IMG/VR virus record: IMGVR_UViG_3300027917_000024
Coordinates: 41,151-105,150 of that record
DNA: 64,000 bases
Origin: a virus
Reading direction: 5' to 3' (one strand)
The notes beneath the pieces were generated by a model that searched no databases, had not been told where the DNA came from, and saw nothing but the letters and a program-made list of their open reading frames with translations. Both the position numbers and the translations under genes were made by a program. Each line of letters starts with the position of its first letter. Position 1 is the first letter of the stretch. Shown in pieces: positions 48,862 through 59,200 of the stretch.

Positions 48862-49437
48862 TTAGCTGTAGTTCTCGTAGATGTTGGCGTCGTCAAATAC
48901 AATCTTGCCAAATGGCTTGTTAATATCACCAGCATCGTCGACCAAACATTCAATAATTCCCTTAGCGTTCATCCAGTCTTCGGCGTTGTAGTCCATCGTC
49001 CCATCTGGCTTTAGTGAGGCACAAGGAATGTACCATGTGTAGTCCCTACCAAACTCTGAGTTAAACTCAAGTTTGGCGCAGCCTTTAATCTCACCCCTAG
49101 CCATCGGGTATATTTCGAAATTCAGCCCAGAAATTGCAGCAGGATCACTACTACTCTGAGCACTTGCAAGTAGCCATTCCTTCATCGCCCCACCCGTCAT
49201 CTCATCAAATGTAAAGTTGATAGCAAGGGCTTTGTTAGTAATCAAGGAACGGTCTTTCTTACGTGTACCATTGACAGTAGTGTAGTGATCGAGAAATGTA
49301 ACTTCAGGGGCCATAGATGCAACTACGATGTTGCCGATTGTCCATGTTGCGTTGCTGGACCAGTCAACGTTGGGACTGGTATCTTCGTAAAATGTCAGCT
49401 CTGCCATCCCTAAGGTGTAATTGAGTGGTTGAGCCAT
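48862..49437 (-). CDS. major tail tube protein
   Basis: NYTLGMAELTF, IGN, INFTFDE, IPCASLKPDG..DY..EDW. GGAGG RBS, position before the chaperones. Confidence 0.85.
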   Translation of the reverse strand: MAQPLNYTLGMAELTFYEDTSPNVDWSSNATWTIGNIVVASMAPEVTFLDHYTTVNGTRKKDRSLITNKALAINFTFDEMTGGAMKEWLLASAQSSSDPAAISGLNFEIYPMARGEIKGCAKLEFNSEFGRDYTWYIPCASLKPDGTMDYNAEDWMNAKGIIECLVDDAGDINKPFGKIVFDDANIYENYS

Positions 49438-49478
49438 CCTGTTATACCTCCTATCCAGCTGGTCAAAATATTAGTTCA

Positions 49479-49895
49479 TTACGTACTTGAGCTGCTCGAA
49501 CTGCTGGACGTATTTGGGTTATGCGAAAGATACCATACAAAATTCTGTGTAAAAATAAATTCACCATTCTTTCCTTTTCCCATGAACATTGGTGAGCTCT
49601 GCATCGCAAAACATCGCCCACGGAATGTACTTAGGAAATCCCTTTGGCGGTGCAACACGCCATAGATTGCCTCGGCCTTGTTATACCCGCCAGGATATGT
49701 TCCATTTCTAACTCGGACCTGCATGGTTGGGAACTCTTTCCCACCTACTGCTTGTGGAGGCTCTCCTCCGGTAGGATATAGTGTTACAGTATTTGCAGGT
49801 GTATCAGGTTCGAAACCAATAAACAGGTCTGTTCCGAAAGTGCCCAGTCCTTGTGAAACTAAATACGATACGACCTCATCCAGTAGGGTTGCCAT
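49479..49895 (-). CDS. tail terminator/completion protein with C-terminal poly-Ser tag
   Basis: LG.FG.DLFIG.EPD.P...V.LY.TGG, P.MQVRVR, FTQNF, ending NTSSSSSSSST. Confidence 0.8.
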   Translation of the reverse strand: MATLLDEVVSYLVSQGLGTFGTDLFIGFEPDTPANTVTLYPTGGEPPQAVGGKEFPTMQVRVRNGTYPGGYNKAEAIYGVLHRQRDFLSTFRGRCFAMQSSPMFMGKGKNGEFIFTQNFVWYLSHNPNTSSSSSSSST

Positions 49896-49921
49896 AGTGT
49901 AACACCTATAAACCTAACATG

Positions 49922-49950
49922 ATTATAGTTGATAGAAAATAAAAAGTCAA
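49922..49950 (-). promoter_or_regulatory. sigma70-type promoter TTGACT-N17-TATAAT
   Basis: Minus strand: -35 at 49950-49945, 17-nt spacer, -10 at 49927-49922. Intergenic, upstream of the terminator and tail tube genes. Confidence 0.8.
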
Positions 49951-49955
49951 ACTTA

Positions 49956-50573
49956 TTATTTCATAGTTTTAAGAGTTGCTCGTATCTCTTTGGTTATCGG
50001 AGCCAAGAGTCGTCTTTTTGCTTCCTGTAGAGGACGTTCGATAAACTTCCCTCCCCTAGGTGGACTTCCTTTCCTAGCTTGACTCGGTCCAGTTCCTCTT
50101 GGTTGTAACTCTTCGTGTAACCTAAGAGCTAAATCATTACCATTATCATCTGTTCGCCAAAATGAGATACCTACATTTAGAGTTCCTCCAGCCAATGCGT
50201 TCACATCTTCTTTAGTAGGAAGTAGTGATCTGTCTGGAGATTTTACAATGCTAACTCCTGTACTATCACCATCCGATTCACCTTTTGCGTATATCACATT
50301 ATTTACTGTAAGCCTACCACTACGAGCTAATTTGCCAGTATCAAGAGGAACTAAATCCATTGCCTTTTCAAATGCCTCAAGACCAGCTTCTAGGAGTCCA
50401 CGTTTTGCTGCTTTTATCAGAAGTACAGGCTGATTTCTTATATGTTTCTGTAACACAAGAACTCCTCTGGCTCCCATCGCTTTTCTGCCAGCGGAGATTG
50501 TGTACACTTCTGTTTTCTTGTTGTATTTTTTCAGATTAGCAATTCCAGATTTTATTTTGGATTCTAGAGACAA
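49956..50573 (-). CDS. HK97 gp10-like neck/tail completion protein
   Basis: AMDLVPLDTGKLARSG, ALRLHE and GGKFIERPL motifs. Confidence 0.8.
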   Translation of the reverse strand: MSLESKIKSGIANLKKYNKKTEVYTISAGRKAMGARGVLVLQKHIRNQPVLLIKAAKRGLLEAGLEAFEKAMDLVPLDTGKLARSGRLTVNNVIYAKGESDGDSTGVSIVKSPDRSLLPTKEDVNALAGGTLNVGISFWRTDDNGNDLALRLHEELQPRGTGPSQARKGSPPRGGKFIERPLQEAKRRLLAPITKEIRATLKTMK

Positions 50574-50576
50574 TTT

Positions 50577-51272
<696 letters not shown>

Positions 51273-51279
51273 TCACTCC

Positions 51280-51603
51280 TTAACTTAGAAATGCTTTTAC
51301 AAATTCCCGAACGCCTCTAATGTTATACTTATTACTGTAAGTTATAACAGTATATTCTGTACCTCCAAATAAGAATATATAGTCAGTATTAATTATCGTT
51401 GCTGACCCCTCTATTTCTGTAGGTAACCAGCATTCAATTTGAGCCATTACTTCATTGCCCTCTTTATTTAGCACCATCTGAAATTCTTCGTTCCACCGAC
51501 AAGGAACATTACTGTATACGGTTGTTTTTGTAACTGTTCCGTAGCCATCCCTAGATACAGAATAGATGGTTGTAATTGTTTGTCTAAGAAGATCAGATAT
51601 CAT
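51280..51603 (-). CDS. head closure/stopper protein
   Basis: LRQTIT......DGYG.......VPCRW......V....G.EV pattern, in the neck module. Confidence 0.75.
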   Translation of the reverse strand: MISDLLRQTITTIYSVSRDGYGTVTKTTVYSNVPCRWNEEFQMVLNKEGNEVMAQIECWLPTEIEGSATIINTDYIFLFGGTEYTVITYSNKYNIRGVREFVKAFLS

Positions 51604-52390
51604 GTTTGCCTCTTATGTAATCTGAATATTTAAATGTATCTTGGATGGCTGATAATGTTTCATTTCGATAAAGTTCCTTAGGTCTCTTGGTACTTCTCAA
51701 TCCCGCCTTGACCCACAGACCTTTGTCGAGATGGACAACGTATGTATTTTTTAGCAGTAGTGTTCTTCCACCGCTATTATTATTTCGCTGTTCCCACTCT
51801 TCTTCATTATAATCCCATTCTACTTCTGGGTCAAAGTAATTTTTTGAATCGAACATATTTTCTTTGAGGGCTCGGCGTGATGCCCCCCAACAAAAACCTT
51901 GGGCACTGGTTATATGCCATACTAAATCTTGCGACTCATATTCTTCTTCTGGTACGTGCTGCAGTTCCTGATATGCCGAACTGCTGGCTACCGGTGCTAT
52001 AAAATCTCTGTTCTGTCTTTTTACCGCTTGAATGAAATATTCCCAGGATCTTGTAACTAATATATCCTGATTGAGCATTACTACTGCCTCACAATCGAAA
52101 TCATCAAGTGCAATTCGTATAATTTCATTCCAAGCGTGTGTAAGATCATTAATATCTGATTGAATAAAAAGCGAATTTACATGCTTGAATCGTTTCCGAA
52201 GTGCGATGTTCAATGCACGAAATCGATAATCCAGTGAGTCATTATCTCTTATGATGAGGACGTATTCTTCCTTCGTAAACATATCAATTCCAGAAATCAG
52301 ATCCATCAACAGGGCAAAAGGATCGGTATGTTCTGTTATCTCTTGCTTATCAATTACATCATTATGTGTAACAATGCCAATACCAATCAC
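51593..52390 (-). CDS. glycosyltransferase family 2-like (GT-A)
   Basis: IGIVTHN, IIRDNDS, THAWN and VVMLNQDILV motifs, plus YVVH. Confidence 0.8.
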   Translation of the reverse strand: MIGIGIVTHNDVIDKQEITEHTDPFALLMDLISGIDMFTKEEYVLIIRDNDSLDYRFRALNIALRKRFKHVNSLFIQSDINDLTHAWNEIIRIALDDFDCEAVVMLNQDILVTRSWEYFIQAVKRQNRDFIAPVASSSAYQELQHVPEEEYESQDLVWHITSAQGFCWGASRRALKENMFDSKNYFDPEVEWDYNEEEWEQRNNNSGGRTLLLKNTYVVHLDKGLWVKAGLRSTKRPKELYRNETLSAIQDTFKYSDYIRGKHDI

Positions 52391-52392
52391 GG

Positions 52393-53265
52393 TTATTTCC
52401 TATGTATAAGATCTACAGCCTTTTTCACATCTGTAAAAACGTCTTCATCTGTCGTTTCGATGTACCAATCTGTGTTCCTTGTTGGATCAATGGTTTTTCC
52501 CTTCAAGAAGTGCATATCAAACGGATAAATAATAAAAGCAGGAACGTGGGCTGTATATGCTAAAAATCCCAATCCGTATGGTCCAGAGAGTAAAAGATCT
52601 GAGTTTAGAAGTACCGCCATCTGTTCGGTCAGTGTCTTACCGGCATAGTTATGTAATGTGAAGTTGAATGGTTCCAATGCCTCAGTTATGGATCTTTCTA
52701 TCATTCCTGCTTTTGTCGAATGTACTACTGCTACCATATAAATATGAATTGGTTTGTTTACCTGTGCTTCTATTTTATCCAGGCAGTAAATCAGATCATA
52801 TTGCAAGGAAAATTCTGCATCATAATTCGTATCAAAAGCGTTAATGGCAATATTGATGGCATTTTTATCAATGAGTTTCTGTACGTCCTCAAACATTTCC
52901 TTGTTCACATTGATTTTATGCATATAATTTGTCGGTTGCCTGGGAAAAATCTTCTCTAAATGATGGTTCTTAAGATGCTCTATAATATCAATGTTAATAG
53001 TATTATTTACATATCGGTTCAAATCAATGTCATGTGGAAAATTAGCTACTGAGACGTATTCCTCATAAATAGGAGTAGGACCCAGATAAGCAATTCCATT
53101 GAATGAACTTATAATATCTTGTGAAAGAACGAATTTTTTTGCTTTTTTATCGTAAGCTGTATTTATTCCGATCAAGTCGAAATTACTCATGACTAATTTC
53201 CGATACAGCAAAATAAAGTTAGTAAAATCATCTCGTACCAGGCAGGTAAGCAGCCTCTTTTCCAT
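52393..53265 (-). CDS. GT9-like glycosyltransferase (GT-B, divergent)
   Basis: C-terminal GKTLTEQMAVLLNSDLLLSGPYGLGFLAYTAHVPAFIIY resembles the GT9 nucleotide-binding motif, with DSG/H replaced. Confidence 0.65.
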   Translation of the reverse strand: MEKRLLTCLVRDDFTNFILLYRKLVMSNFDLIGINTAYDKKAKKFVLSQDIISSFNGIAYLGPTPIYEEYVSVANFPHDIDLNRYVNNTINIDIIEHLKNHHLEKIFPRQPTNYMHKINVNKEMFEDVQKLIDKNAINIAINAFDTNYDAEFSLQYDLIYCLDKIEAQVNKPIHIYMVAVVHSTKAGMIERSITEALEPFNFTLHNYAGKTLTEQMAVLLNSDLLLSGPYGLGFLAYTAHVPAFIIYPFDMHFLKGKTIDPTRNTDWYIETTDEDVFTDVKKAVDLIHRK

Positions 53266-53274
53266 GGTTCCTCC

Positions 53275-54645
53275 TTACTCTACAAAATATACCTTCTTGT
53301 ATAGTTCTGTCATACTGTCACTCTCAATATTATAATTTTTAAGAACGAACTTTTTTCCCTCTTCTGCATATTCTGTTACTTTATCTATATTATTTATACA
53401 GAAATCTATCGCATCCATCCAATCATCAAGTTTTCCAGCCTGTTCCGTCTGTGTAGGAACTAGCATGCACGAGTTTTCCATTTCTTTTTTGATATTTGAG
53501 TACGGGTCGATATCGGAGCAGACAGGAAAAGCTGTTGTATAAAGATATTCCAAAAGTTTGATGGGGCTTTTTGATCGATTGAAGTCACATTCCACAAGAG
53601 GAGCAAGTCCAATATGCATCTGAAAGCTACTCAAAATCTGATGGTAATAGATGGGTTCAACAAATGGAAGGGAAATGATTCTATTAAAATAAGGAGATAG
53701 GTCCTTTGGTGGAGACTCGCCCATAAAAAGCATGCCTATATTTTCATACTTATCAAACAATTTTGGAATAAGCCCTCCAAAAACCTCTGTATCCTTCTGA
53801 TGAAATGATGATCCAATCCAAGCAATAATAATATCAGAGTCGTATTGTAATTTTTTTGGAAGATCAATATATTTATGATCAAATACACAGTTAGGGACGA
53901 CCATTACATCATCATTATGCTTTCTCAACACATCAGCAAGAGGTTCGGTTGTTGTTACTGCCCTATCACATTTCTTCAATATATTTGTTGTCACTCCAGT
54001 CCTCATTGGTGTCCAAAAGGGATATGCATGGTTCCAGTCCGGTAGATTCCATATATCATCATCAAGCTCAAACACCACTTTCTTACCACTAGCTTGTGCC
54101 TCTTCTACAACACCCTCAAGACTAGGATCTGCTGGACGTTGAATGACCAGAGTATCAGCTAGATTATATAAATGGATTCGATCTGTAGTGATGAGATGTG
54201 CGGGAATTCCCTTCCTGCATAAAGCAACACTCGGTAAAAACATTCTGTAATAACCGCATCCCCATTTTCGATGGTACGTCTAACCGTTGGATTTCTCCGC
54301 TCTCTAGACTCTCATAGTTTCCTATGAGCTCGGACCATATCATCATCCTAAAACATATAATAGGATGTCTCGCTTTTCGAACTCACTTGAGTTCTACACT
54401 TTACGTTGGTCTCTGAACCTGCCCCATATATAATCTGTACATGAAGGGGATTGGCTGCTGATCGTCCAATCTTTTGGTTTTTTAGCTGTCACGTTTAACA
54501 TTTCTGTTTCCGTTGTAGCACCAAAAGCTCTATAGGAGTTTCCAGCAATTAACGAGATTTGCATCTAGGTATTACTACCTAGAGGGACAAATGGTTTATC
54601 CGCCGCCATAAACGATACGGTTTTTACTTCTGGTTCTTGCTGCAT
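53275..54645 (-). CDS. GT4-like glycosyltransferase (GT-B), split by a group I intron (exon 1 54645-54598, exon 2 from about 54267)
   Basis: The spliced N-terminus MQQEPEVKTVSFMAAD-KWGCGYYRMFLP fits the DxxGCGxYR motif. Also ELDDD, TTTEPLA, WIGSS.H..D, IGLAPL...FNRSKS.IKLLEY. AGGAGAGG RBS before exon 1. Confidence 0.85.
54268..54597 (-). mobile_element. ORF-less group I intron (subgroup IA-like), about 330 nt
   Basis: P1 GGAU/GUCC with U.G at the 5' splice site. P2 with GUAA loop. P AAUUGCUGGAAA (54550-54539), Q GAUCAGCAGCC (54463-54453), R GUUCAGAGACCA (54418-54407), S GAUGAUAUGGUCC (54344-54332). P3 UCUCGUU/AGCGAGA, P8 AUCCUA/UAGGAU, P9 CUCAUAG-GAAA-CUAUGAG. Confidence 0.92.
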
Positions 54646-54845
54646 ACTTCCTCTCCTTTTTCTTTTTTGTTTGTCTTTTGCTTCTTTTGGCCATCCAATT
54701 TTCTCCGATTACCTCCTTTTTCGCCGCCTCGTTCTCTTCCTCCTTTTTTTAGTAGCTTTATTGGCTGGAATTGCTTGCTGGTACGTGTTGAACGGCCCTG
54801 CAATCCGTCTTCGCCTTCCAAATACAGATGGTTGGCTATAGACAT
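54624..54845 (-). CDS. small basic low-complexity protein
   Basis: K/R/G-rich 73-aa ORF filling the gap on the coding strand, weak RBS. Confidence 0.35.
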   Translation of the reverse strand: MSIANHLYLEGEDGLQGRSTRTSKQFQPIKLLKKGGRERGGEKGGNRRKLDGQKKQKTNKKEKGEEVCSKNQK

Positions 54846-54862
54846 AATAGCCCTTACGGGTC

Positions 54863-55048
54863 TTAACTATCATTGCTATCGTCTGCGAAATACAACTCGG
54901 GAGGTTTTACAAGGTTTCTTAAAGCTCGTATGTCCTCAAGAGTAGGTTCCTTAACATCCCACAATTTGATGATCTTGATAACACCAGGAATTCCATGCTT
55001 CATTAAAAGTTCTACAATTACTATGATAAACATCATCGTTGGATCCAT
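54863..55048 (-). CDS. small membrane protein (possible lysis accessory)
   Basis: Hydrophobic N-terminus MMFIIVIVELLM and AAGGAG RBS. Confidence 0.55.
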   Translation of the reverse strand: MDPTMMFIIVIVELLMKHGIPGVIKIIKLWDVKEPTLEDIRALRNLVKPPELYFADDSNDS

Positions 55049-55060
55049 TACTTCTTCTCC

Positions 55061-55438
55061 TTATTTATGCTTGTTGATAATATCTGATAAATGCCCACCA
55101 ATTTCTGCTAATTTTTCCATCAACTCCAAAACTCTCATTTTTTGTCCTTCCTTATCTCCAGCCGACATTCCTTGATAGACCTCCAAAGCTGCCACTGCCG
55201 ACATATATACAGCATAGTAGTCTTGAGCAATTCTTACGGCTTCCTGTTTTGCTTCCTCACTCATCCGACCATCTTTGTATAATTCGGCAATGGTCTTCAT
55301 ACTTGTATCGTATAAAATCCCAGCGGTCCCCAAAGAGCTATACGTAGTCTTCACGAAACTAGAGCATTGAACAGTTACAAGCATCAATAAAATCATCAGA
55401 AGTGTTAACATCTTTGAATTATTAAGTCTTTTCCTCAT
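55061..55438 (-). CDS. predicted lipoprotein
   Basis: Basic N-terminus, hydrophobic core LTLLMILLMLV, lipobox-like TVQC and GAGGAG RBS. Confidence 0.65.
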   Translation of the reverse strand: MRKRLNNSKMLTLLMILLMLVTVQCSSFVKTTYSSLGTAGILYDTSMKTIAELYKDGRMSEEAKQEAVRIAQDYYAVYMSAVAALEVYQGMSAGDKEGQKMRVLELMEKLAEIGGHLSDIINKHK

Positions 55439-55460
55439 AATTACACTCCTCTTGTTTAAG

Positions 55461-56243
55461 TTATCCTCTACCTGTATTCATAGAACGATTGATGAATCTC
55501 TCGATGTATTTAAAGGAGTTCGATCCCATGAAGCTCCCAACACGATCCAAAGAACCAGTACCGTCCTTGAAGCGAATACTTACATCACCAATAGTTCTTG
55601 CGACAATCCCAGCCATTTTCCACTGCTGAAGTTCTGCAAGTTCTAGATTGTTAGAGAGATAAAGTGCTTGTTCGATGGTTGCGAATTTGACATATTTATC
55701 AAGGGGGGAGATGATGAGATATTGACTCGAACTATCTATTGGACTGGTAAATGCAGTACTAACAGTAAATGTACCGGTCGATGCTGCATAATCTGAAATT
55801 TCCCTTGATTGACCCTTATTCGTACCGCTTATGATGTAGATTGCCCCATAGTTAAAATAGTCGTTTTCTCTTGCAAAATTAGAAGAAGAAAAGGTTGCAT
55901 CTACAAGAGTAGTTGTCGTACCACTGTCTGCATAGCCACTATAATATTCTTGCCAGTCTCTTGGAAATTGCAGTCTTTGATAGCCGGAAGTAAGAACATC
56001 ATAGATTGAAGATTGTAGAACGTGCTCCAGACCACCACCTTCACCCCCTTTGAAGAGCTTCGATCCCTTGAATTTGAATATATCCAAGTCTATTGTTGCC
56101 TGTCGTAGCAACCTCTCTCTTTCTAGATAATCACTATCATTCCAATTTTTTGAATCGGGACGACTCGCAATATATGCATTTGCTTCAACAAGAGTGACGT
56201 AAGTATCACTCGTAGATCCCCCAACAAGTGCTGTTAATGCCAT
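55461..56243 (-). CDS. head-tail adaptor/connector protein with inserted beta domain
   Basis: DTYVTLVEANAY, LLRQAT..LD, Q.LQFPR, VKFATIEQALYL and RTIGDVSIRF motifs, with a ~75-aa insertion. Confidence 0.75.
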   Translation of the reverse strand: MALTALVGGSTSDTYVTLVEANAYIASRPDSKNWNDSDYLERERLLRQATIDLDIFKFKGSKLFKGGEGGGLEHVLQSSIYDVLTSGYQRLQFPRDWQEYYSGYADSGTTTTLVDATFSSSNFARENDYFNYGAIYIISGTNKGQSREISDYAASTGTFTVSTAFTSPIDSSSQYLIISPLDKYVKFATIEQALYLSNNLELAELQQWKMAGIVARTIGDVSIRFKDGTGSLDRVGSFMGSNSFKYIERFINRSMNTGRG

Positions 56244-56244
56244 T

Positions 56245-59200
56245 TTATGTCACCTTTGCTAAATTTTTGATCTTGTACTGAGCCGTCATCCGAGCTGTTC
56301 TACCACTGTAAATATAAGTCACTTGTAATACAGCAATTTCATATCTATTATTCTGATTATAAATCAAGTTTGCATCAGATGTCAACTCTAAATATACTGC
56401 CGTTTGTATAGGTGTAATATTACCTTCCTGCCTGATATTTCCAGTAAATTTATCATAAAGTATGTAACTAGCCGAATCTGGTTTTATTGTGTTTCCATCC
56501 ATATCCTTGAATACTATCCGTACTTTAACTGTACCTCTTTCCGGTACAATTGCTCTGATGCCAGTTAGTTGTTCAGCTACTTCAAGAGAAATACTACTTG
56601 AGGAACAACTAGAACTAGAACTACAAGATTCCAACCAGTAAATTGTCAAGTCACCGATCAATACAATTCCAGCCAAACTAGCAGAAGATGAACTGGAAGA
56701 TGAACTGGATCTCGAACTGGAACTACGACTGGAACTCGAACTACTAGAACTGGAACGTGAGCTGGAACTGGAACTGGAACTAGAGAATGACGAAGAGGAA
56801 CTCGAACTCGAACTACTACTCGATCTAGAACTTGAGCTGCTACTACGACTGGAACTGGAACTACTACAGAGCCATTCCTCATCGCTTATAGATTTAATGA
56901 ATTTATCATCACCAATTACCGTATCAACTTGGTTATTATATTCAGTTTGGATCCACTCTATTGATCTGACTGTATTTGAAATCCGTACTTCATCTAGAAT
57001 TCCATTAAAATAACCAAATCCATTCCCCGATCTTCCGAAGCGCCACCTATCTGTAACTATTGATATTTCTTGTACAACTTCTATATCTTCCCTCACACCA
57101 TTTACGTGGATCGAAATTTGGCTATTATCTTCATGACACGCTGCAACATAGTACCAAGTATCTGGATCGGGACCGGTTTGGATAGTAGTTGTTCCAGTAG
57201 CTACTTCATCTGCCGGTTCTGTCGTTCTTATGTAATGTTCAAATTTACTATTTGCAGTAATTCTCAGCTGTGTTGAAAATACCGATCCTAGGTTATTTGT
57301 TCTAAGTAAGATACTAGTAGAAGTAATATCATTTGCTCTTACCCAAGCAGTAATTGTATATTCTGTTAGATCATCTGTATCTAGAACTTGGATCCAATCA
57401 TCAATACCATCGAATAGTTGCGCATAAGAGATTTTCCCATCAGTTCTAGACGGTGTTCTGCTAGCTACACCCCCACCACCAGTACCTGAAACCGCATTTC
57501 CAGACGAATCGGCATATTCCCCTGCTGTTCCGTTAGCTTGTTCATCTAAATGCCATACTCTAGTGAAATTGTTATCCCATGTGTCAGAAGTACCCGTTGG
57601 TATAGCTTGTGTTGGGTTTCCATAGAGAATCCAAATGATCGTCGCACTGTCAGCATGAACCTCCGGTACTTTCACCCATGCAACTAACTCAGCTTCTCCA
57701 GATCCTCCGTCCTTCTCAAATTTTTGTATCTCGTGATCAAGCTGTACACCTGTTCTGCTTGCAAATATGATATCATAACCATCATCTCTAGCATGATCAT
57801 ACAGGTTCGTATCGTTTTGTAGATGAATCAATACTGGGAAGTTAGTCAGATCCGCTTCAACGAGATCTTGATTGATATCGATTCGGCGGCGATAACACCA
57901 ACCTTCAAATTCCCAGCCTCCAGTTGAGTAGGAGCTCGAACTAGATGAACAAGAACTTGACTTGGAACTAGAACTGGAACTGGAACTTGATCGAGAGCTG
58001 GAACTGGAGCTGGAACTAGAACTAGAGCGTGAACTGGAACTAGAACTGGAACTCGAACTTGATTGAGAGCTAGAACTTGAACTTGATGATGACGAGCTCC
58101 TACTCGAACTGGAACGGGAAGAACTGGAACTTGACCGAGAAGAACTAGAACTGGATCGTGAAGAACTTGAAGAACTAGAACTACTACTTGATCGTGAACT
58201 AGAACTGGAACTTGATGATGACGAACTTCTACTTGAACTCGAACTCGAAGATGACGAGCTAGACCAAGAACTAGAACTAGAACTGGAAGAGGAACTTGAA
58301 CTTGATGATGAAGAACTAGATCGAGAACTGGAACTAGAACTGGAAGACGAACTTGAACTTGATGATGAAGAACTAGATCGAGAACTGGAACTGGAACTGG
58401 AAGACGAACTTGAACTTGATGATGAAGAACTAGATCGAGAACTGGAACTAGAACTAGAAGAGGAACTTGACCTCGAACTAGAGCTGGAACAGGAACTGCG
58501 TGAACTCCTACTCGAACTGGAACTGGATCGAGAAGAACTTGAACTTGAAGAAGATGAGCTAGATCGAGAACTACTGGAACTGGAAGTAGAGCTAGAACTA
58601 GAGCTAGAAGAAGATGAGCATGAACTAGAACTAAGACTGCTGCTCGATCTGGAACTGGAACTTGAAGATAATGATGAGGAACTAAAACTGCTACTTGATT
58701 CAGAACTAAAACTGGAACTAGAACTGCTACTCCATTGTATGTTTTCACAACCCTCATTCACTATAAAATTGTCAGCTCGCCATGTAAGAGCTGGATATGA
58801 AGCTCCAGCATTAGAGGCATCTAGCTGAATTTGCATCCTATTACTAGTTACAGTCCTTGTACTAATCGAATTCCATTGACTATTTCTCCAGTAGTAGGCA
58901 GTTACCGAACTTCCAGACCTTACGAAACGTAGCTTACCTGGATCGTCTATAGAACTATAACTGTCATTTAAACTACTCCACCCTGCTCCGCAACTCGTTT
59001 TATACCAAAAGAAATATCTCCAAAAACTGTTCAAGCGCCCATAATTTATATAGGCTATATTACAACCTAGATCAGTATCATATAAACCGAAACGGACATA
59101 GGACTGGTTGGCAGTAGACCAAGAAATCATGTCGAAATCGAGTTGTATATCAAAATTACCAACAAACATAAATTTCGATAGTACTCGATCTGTGCCAGTA

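Noticed and set aside
54164-54346. 60-aa ORF overlapping the intron 3' end
   Set aside because: It runs through the ribozyme core (S, P9) and out of frame into exon 2, with no homing endonuclease motifs. It matters only as the frame produced by omega-G splicing.
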